From Bdellovibrionia bacterium (GTDB taxonomy: Bacteria > Bdellovibrionota > UBA1018): DNA of 33,007 nt. The notes under the pieces were generated by a model that saw only the letters and a program-made list of their open reading frames with translations, was not told where the DNA came from and ran no database searches. Shown here piece after piece: positions 27,810 to 33,007 of this stretch. The position numbers were made by a program, and so were the translations under genes. Numbering within the stretch: the first letter of the stretch is position 1; each line of letters begins with the position of its first letter. The stretch lies in NCBI GenBank assembly GCA_049424145.1, contig JBMSSC010000014.1:1-33007 (forward strand). The letters are read 5' to 3'.

Positions 27810-30542
27810 TTATTCGGTGTCTTCTTTAAAGAAATCACTGGCCGATTCAACGGCTTCTGAGTCCTGAGAGGTCCTCTGGGTGGGCTCACTGCCTGAAACA
27901 AAGGCCTCTGAGATGGAGGAAGGCGTCGCCTGGGAAACGGGTTTTCCGGTGGTCGCATCAATTGAGGTGAACACCACTCCTGGGGGAACGGGAAAGTCGA
28001 CATCCGTTCGAGACTTCACGGCGGCCTTCATATAATTCAGCCAAATGGGAAGAGCCACCCGAGCGCCCGTCTCACTACTCCCAATGGGTTTGGCATGGTC
28101 AAAACCCACCCAAACTCCAGTGACGACATGGGGTGTAAAGCCCATGAACCAGGTGTCTAACGACTCATTGGTGGTGCCCGTTTTACCCGCCGAGACACGA
28201 CCTAAGTTTTTTGCCTCCTGACCGGTTCCATAAGAGACGACTTCCTTCATGAGGTGTGTCATGACGTAAGCGACCCGGGGATCCAAGACCTGATCCGGAT
28301 CCGACTCTAAGGGATAGGTGGGAAAAATCTTAGGCGTCGAACTGACCGGCGAAAGGCTTGCGTTTTCTCGAGCCAACGCCTGCTGGATTCGAGCAAAAAC
28401 CTCATCGGCCGCAGGCAGAGGAGCAGGCTTATTTTCCTCTAAAACCTTTCCATCTCGATCCTGAATCTGATTCACAAAGATGGACTCCACTTTGCGTCCG
28501 AGTCGGGGAAAAAGAGCGTACACCTGAGTGAGGTCTTTTAGGGAAATGGCAGAGCTTCCTAGGGCAATGGAGAGGTCTGGATTAAACTGGCCGTTGATCC
28601 CTAACCGCTTGGCGTACTGAATGAGGTAGGGGACTTGAACGGCTTGCACGATTTTTACGGTCGGAATATTTCTGGATTTAATCAGTGCCTGACGAAACGT
28701 GGTGTCTCCGTAGAATTTCTCGTCATAGTTATTGGGCTTCCAGGCACCTGTCCCCTCAGTGTCTCGAAAGATGATCGGCGAATCCACAATAATGGATGCA
28801 GGCGTAAAGCCCTTCTCTAATGCCGAGGCATAGATAATGGGTTTAAAAGCGGAACCCGGTTGCCTTTGAGCCTGGGTTGCACGATTAAACTCCGACTGCA
28901 TGAAGTCAAAGCCACCCACCATGGCTAACACTTCCCCAGTGCTCACGTCCATGGAGTACACGGCCCCTTGAATCTGAGGCTTCTGCTCCAAAGCAAAACT
29001 GAGCTCAGGCTCCTCTTTCTTACTCACTCCACCGAGAGGACGAGAATTCACCCAACTCACCCAGATGACGTCTCCCACGTGAAACACCTGAGAGGGCAAA
29101 CCTGAATCAAAGCGGGGAATAATAGGACTTCGTTCATCTTTCCAGTTGCGAGCCCACTTCATGCGATCAAACGAGAGCTCGCCTTTTGCGGCTCCCACCA
29201 TCACACGCGCCGTTTTGCGCTTCGGATCAAACCCCGTCACTACAGCGGGATAAAGCTCATTGGGCTCAAGCAGAGCCGCCTCCGATTGAATGCCGCCAAA
29301 CTTCATGGCTTCGATGGGATCCAGTCTTCCATCGGCTAAGAGCATTTGATAGCCCAGTTTCTTTTCAATGAGCTTGCGTCTTTGATCGGATAAAAACTTT
29401 TCAATTTCCTGAGGCTGAGCGAGGTGACGCTCAATGCCTCGGTAACCGATTCGCTTATCCACCTGGAGGAGACCGTCTCGAAGGCTCCGGGTGGCCGCTT
29501 GCGCGAGGTCCACTTGGAGGGGAGTATATACGGTGATTCCGTCCTCATAGACCGCTTTCTCTCCGTACTTCTCCACTAAGTAGCGCCTTAAGTGCTCCAC
29601 ATAATAGGGCGCATACTTATTATTTAAATCGTCATCCTGAAACACCTTCAAGGGTTCTTGAGTGGCTTGGGCCCATTGCTTTTCAGAAATAAAACGATTC
29701 TCATACATGCGCCTCAGCACATACAGCTGGCGCTCCTTGGCTCGTTTCGGATTTAATAGAGGACTGTACTTTCCAGGCGCCTGAGGCATCCCAGCCATTA
29801 AGGCAGCCTCAGCAATGGAGATCTGACCAATGTCTTTTTGAAAGTACGTTCGACTAGCCGCTTGAGCACCATAGGCGCCATGGCCCAGGTAAATCTGATT
29901 TAAATAGAGATACAAGATCTGCTGCTTGGTTAAGTTCTTCTCAATGCGACTGGCTAAGATCACTTCTTTAATTTTTCGACTGAGGCTCCTTTCAGGGGTC
30001 AAAAGAAGGGACTTCGCCACTTGCTGAGTGATGGTACTGCCCCCCTGAACGACTCGTCCTGCTCTGAAATTTGCAAGACTGGCTCGCAGCATACTGATCA
30101 GGTTGATCCCACCGTGTTCAAAAAAGCGATCATCTTCGGCAGAAATAAACGCTTTAACGACATGATCAGGAAACTTCTCGTAGGGGATGAGGTAGCGCCG
30201 CTCTTTGTAAAACTCACCGATCTCAATCGGAGTCAACGAGGGTGCAGGAGAAGGGGTTGGCTCAGGGGAAGAAAAAGGAGAGCCCGGAGCAGGCAACTGG
30301 GCCACCGCCTTAAGTCCAAAAATTCGGGTCACCCCCAGAGGCCGATAATCCTCCACGGTAATGATCCGCGGCAGATCCCGTGCAAAACTCCAGTAAACCA
30401 GCCCAGCGCCAAGAATGGAAAAAAAACTCCCACAGACCACGAGGATTAAACTCAACTGAACGACCCAGTGCCCTGGAAGCCGTTTTTTTAACCAAGACTC
30501 CTCGCTTCGATCCATCCCTGTCTGAGTCACCTTTTCTCCCAT
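27810..30542 (-). CDS. mrcA: Class A penicillin-binding protein 1A
   Basis: Transglycosylase motifs EDDRFFEH, GGSTITQQ, RKIKE, LYLNQIY; OB-like insert; transpeptidase SAFK, SRN, KTG. Confidence 0.93.
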   Translation of the reverse strand: MGEKVTQTGMDRSEESWLKKRLPGHWVVQLSLILVVCGSFFSILGAGLVYWSFARDLPRIITVEDYRPLGVTRIFGLKAVAQLPAPGSPFSSPEPTPSPAPSLTPIEIGEFYKERRYLIPYEKFPDHVVKAFISAEDDRFFEHGGINLISMLRASLANFRAGRVVQGGSTITQQVAKSLLLTPERSLSRKIKEVILASRIEKNLTKQQILYLYLNQIYLGHGAYGAQAASRTYFQKDIGQISIAEAALMAGMPQAPGKYSPLLNPKRAKERQLYVLRRMYENRFISEKQWAQATQEPLKVFQDDDLNNKYAPYYVEHLRRYLVEKYGEKAVYEDGITVYTPLQVDLAQAATRSLRDGLLQVDKRIGYRGIERHLAQPQEIEKFLSDQRRKLIEKKLGYQMLLADGRLDPIEAMKFGGIQSEAALLEPNELYPAVVTGFDPKRKTARVMVGAAKGELSFDRMKWARNWKDERSPIIPRFDSGLPSQVFHVGDVIWVSWVNSRPLGGVSKKEEPELSFALEQKPQIQGAVYSMDVSTGEVLAMVGGFDFMQSEFNRATQAQRQPGSAFKPIIYASALEKGFTPASIIVDSPIIFRDTEGTGAWKPNNYDEKFYGDTTFRQALIKSRNIPTVKIVQAVQVPYLIQYAKRLGINGQFNPDLSIALGSSAISLKDLTQVYALFPRLGRKVESIFVNQIQDRDGKVLEENKPAPLPAADEVFARIQQALARENASLSPVSSTPKIFPTYPLESDPDQVLDPRVAYVMTHLMKEVVSYGTGQEAKNLGRVSAGKTGTTNESLDTWFMGFTPHVVTGVWVGFDHAKPIGSSETGARVALPIWLNYMKAAVKSRTDVDFPVPPGVVFTSIDATTGKPVSQATPSSISEAFVSGSEPTQRTSQDSEAVESASDFFKEDTE

Positions 30543-31513
30543 CCCTGATCATTCTGCGTTCGGCCCATCAACTGAAATAACTCCTTGAGTTTCATCTGAG
30601 TGGCTTTTTTCCCCAAGAGCGCGGCTTGCGTGGCCTTTTGAAAATCCAGTTCCCCAATCCCGTTGAGCTTGGGGCGAATCACCAAATCAGCAAACCGAAG
30701 ATCGTCCGTGGTCCCCGGATTTGGATCAGTCTGCTCTATCCCCTCCACCAGGACCACGAGTGATCCTAAAGCAGCGCTTCGAGCCTCGCGAACTAAGGCG
30801 TGATCCCCACTCCCCGGATCAGATCCGCTTGCCTCCTCCTCCCACGTTTGAGCCAAAACGGCAGCACAGGAGCCGTCCTGAATCAGGGAGAAGCGTTGAG
30901 AGATGGGATCAAAAACGCTCACGTGGACAGGGATTTTCATCTGACTGAGCTGTTTTTGACCAAACACTCGGCTTAAATTCGCTTGAAGGGCGGAAGAATT
31001 TCTCTCCAACCGCTTTTCAGCAAAGAGAAAGCCTGTTTTCGGACGATACACCTCATGGAGCTTCAACTTCAGGAGCCCCCACTCAAGCTCATTCACATTC
31101 CCATGGAGTCCATAAAGAGCTCCCACCACGGCACCCATCTGTCGGCCATAGATGGCAGCAACCTGCACTTTGGCCTGTTTTAAGGCCTGAAGCACTCCTA
31201 AAAACGAATAACCCCGCGCAAGGCCCCCTCCTAAAACTAAGGTGATGGGCTTTTCTTGAATCGGTGCCGGACCGTAGAGCGGAGCACTGCCACCGGATGC
31301 TGGATTCCCAGTTTCTTGGGCTAGGCTTCCAGGGCCTTGAAGTAAATGGGATTCATTCTGAAGAGAGCCTGAGTCTTTCATCCCCACGCGAGCGGTGGAG
31401 CAGCCTGAGCCTGCAAGAAGACCCACCAGAAGGCCACCGAGCAGCATTCTTTGGATCCCACTCTTAAAACCAAATGAACACGACGAGGTTAGATTCTTCA
31501 ACTCAGCTTCCAA
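30527..31513 (-). CDS. Patatin-like lipoprotein with degenerate active site
   Basis: Lipobox-like LAGSGC; LVLGGGLARG...LGVLQAL; G-R-Q-M-G in place of G-x-S-x-G; ADLVIRP....LDF C-terminus. Confidence 0.75.
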   Translation of the reverse strand: MEAELKNLTSSCSFGFKSGIQRMLLGGLLVGLLAGSGCSTARVGMKDSGSLQNESHLLQGPGSLAQETGNPASGGSAPLYGPAPIQEKPITLVLGGGLARGYSFLGVLQALKQAKVQVAAIYGRQMGAVVGALYGLHGNVNELEWGLLKLKLHEVYRPKTGFLFAEKRLERNSSALQANLSRVFGQKQLSQMKIPVHVSVFDPISQRFSLIQDGSCAAVLAQTWEEEASGSDPGSGDHALVREARSAALGSLVVLVEGIEQTDPNPGTTDDLRFADLVIRPKLNGIGELDFQKATQAALLGKKATQMKLKELFQLMGRTQNDQGWEKR

Positions 31514-32235
31514 TGGATCAGGTATTCAACGTTTCCTTCGGCACCCGTTATCGGAGATTCTATCAAGCCCAAGGGATGGAGGCCAAGGTTTTTGGCAAAG
31601 CTTTTGACTTTTTCCAAGGCCTCTTGCCGCAACTCGTTTGAATGAACCACGCCCCCTTTGCCTAGTTTTCCTTTGCCCACCTCAAACTGAGGCTTAACCA
31701 GGGCCACCCAATGAGTTTTTAGTTGAGCAAACTGAAGCAAGCTGGGGAGGATTTTTTCCAAAGAAATGAAAGAGACGTCAATGACAATCAGATCCACGTG
31801 TTCTCCAATTTGATCAAAACTCAAGTAGCGAGCGTTGAGTTTCTCTTGGACCACCACACGGGGATCAGATCGAATTTCCCAGGCCATTTGATTATGACCC
31901 ACATCGATGGCGTGAACTTTTTTGGCCCCCCTTTGCAGGAGCACCTGGGTAAACCCACCGGTGGAGGCACCGACATCCAATGCAATGAATCCTTGGGGAT
32001 GGATCTGAAAGGCTTCTAAGGCAGCACTCAGTTTAACACCTCCGCGTGAGACATAAGGGTGCTCAGCGCCTCGAACGCGGATTGAGCAGGACTCAGCCAC
32101 CAGGTGACCCGGTTTGCTTTGAGGTTGGTCCTCCACCAGAACATGACCGGAGAGGATCAGCGCTTGAGCCTTTTGCCGTGATGGAGCGAGGCCTTTTTCT
32201 AAAAGAAGAACGTCGAGTCGTTTTTTAGCCGTCAT
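31498..32235 (-). CDS. tlyA: TlyA family rRNA 2'-O-methyltransferase
   Basis: S4 domain KKRLDVLL, YVSRGGVKL, LDVGASTGGFT, DVSFISL, LVKPQFE, SPITG.EGNVEY. Confidence 0.96.
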   Translation of the reverse strand: MTAKKRLDVLLLEKGLAPSRQKAQALILSGHVLVEDQPQSKPGHLVAESCSIRVRGAEHPYVSRGGVKLSAALEAFQIHPQGFIALDVGASTGGFTQVLLQRGAKKVHAIDVGHNQMAWEIRSDPRVVVQEKLNARYLSFDQIGEHVDLIVIDVSFISLEKILPSLLQFAQLKTHWVALVKPQFEVGKGKLGKGGVVHSNELRQEALEKVKSFAKNLGLHPLGLIESPITGAEGNVEYLIHWKLS

Positions 32236-32328
32236 AACGAAATTCGTGCTTGTCCATCTTGAGACTTCAATTTTGGGCCTTGGATCATCGTGAGTGTCGC
32301 AGGGGGAGCCCCGCGTCCGATTGGATTT

Positions 32329-32637
32329 TCACCGGCTCTCAGGGCCACTGAATCGGGGATTCAGAAAAGGCTGAGTTTCCACTCCGCTTCCATCCGCTTT
32401 CATTAAAAGCTCCACTCGTTGTTCTGCGGCCGTTAAGTACTGCTGACAAACGCGCGTTAGTTTCACGCCCTCTTCAAATTGCTTCAGCGCTTCATCCAAC
32501 GCCAGCTCTCCACTTTCTAAGCTTTTGACCACCTTCTGAAGGCCAAGGAGGGAGGACTCAAAGCTGGCTTTTTCGGCTGCCGGGGTGGACTCCGGCGACT
32601 TGGCGTTCAAATTCTGGGAATCGTTTGGATTTGACAT
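32329..32637 (-). CDS. xseB: Exodeoxyribonuclease VII small subunit
   Basis: SFE..L..L...V..LESGEL.LDEALKQFEEGVKL...CQ..L..AEQRV; ATG 32637 with GAGGGG RBS. Confidence 0.93.
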   Translation of the reverse strand: MSNPNDSQNLNAKSPESTPAAEKASFESSLLGLQKVVKSLESGELALDEALKQFEEGVKLTRVCQQYLTAAEQRVELLMKADGSGVETQPFLNPRFSGPESR

Positions 32638-32678
32638 TCCCCTCGGATATATCAGGAACCAAGGAAGCCAGAAAGAGT

Positions 32679-33007
32679 TTAATTGCTGGAAGGAGCGTCC
32701 GCACCCACCCACGTGATCACATGGGGAGACGCAATGGTCAGCTCAGACCAAAGCACCGCTTGCTGGCTGTCTGAGATTTGCACCAACGCGGGGCCCTCGG
32801 GAACCTCAAGACCAATGAACTGAGACTCATCCTGTTGGAGGGGACTTTGAACGTTCAGCAAATTCGTTGGAGTGAGAGTGTAGGTTTCGGGAATTAAGTT
32901 GAGTGATTTGATCACCGATCGAACACTTGGAATCAAACTCAACTCAGGGAATCGGCCGACCACTGAAGAGGCCTGCGTATAGATGATCCCGCTGTCCGGG
33001 CTCACTC
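32679..33007 (-). CDS. Hypothetical protein, 3' part (enters from the window edge)
   Basis: Open frame from the window edge to TAA at 32679; beta-rich looking; no family recognised. Confidence 0.55.
   Translation of the reverse strand, partial: VSPDSGIIYTQASSVVGRFPELSLIPSVRSVIKSLNLIPETYTLTPTNLLNVQSPLQQDESQFIGLEVPEGPALVQISDSQQAVLWSELTIASPHVITWVGADAPSSN

Noticed and set aside
791..32228. Numerous short antisense or alternate-frame ORFs in the track (e.g. 6013-6327, 17849-18238, 27512-28003, 30021-30449)
   Set aside because: They lie over well-supported genes and show no motifs; treated as shadow ORFs.

Overview
A gene-dense bacterial chromosomal window of roughly balanced GC, with no CRISPR array, rRNA, tRNA or mobile element that I could recognise. 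Gene order and content suggest a Bdellovibrionota/deltaproteobacterium-like organism (inference). Left to right: a partial kdd (lysine degradation; missed by the ORF track) and a Leu/Phe/Val dehydrogenase; a Cys-rich secreted orphan protein with a ~178-aa almost uncharged Pro/Gly/Met/Asn tail; a cold-shock gene; an M20 amidohydrolase-astA-astD operon; BatE-like TPR/SH3, bamD and TPR genes; a flagellar cluster flgF-flgG-flgA-flgH-flgI-flgJ-flgM-flgN-flgK-flgL-csrA-fliW; folD; a hypothetical gene; gcvP-gcvT-gcvH; a TonB-like gene; PBP1a; a patatin-like lipoprotein lacking catalytic residues; tlyA; xseB; and a partial hypothetical gene. Most notable: (1) flgI carries a single in-frame TAG with its conserved C-terminus intact behind it; (2) GGA-loop hairpins resembling CsrA sites lie over the ribosome-binding sites of flgN, flgL and csrA; (3) a non-canonical AST module in which an M20 enzyme may replace AstE; (4) a patatin pseudo-enzyme coupled to PBP1a; (5) a candidate structured RNA upstream of kdd. 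All calls come from reading motifs by eye; no searches or folding programs were run.
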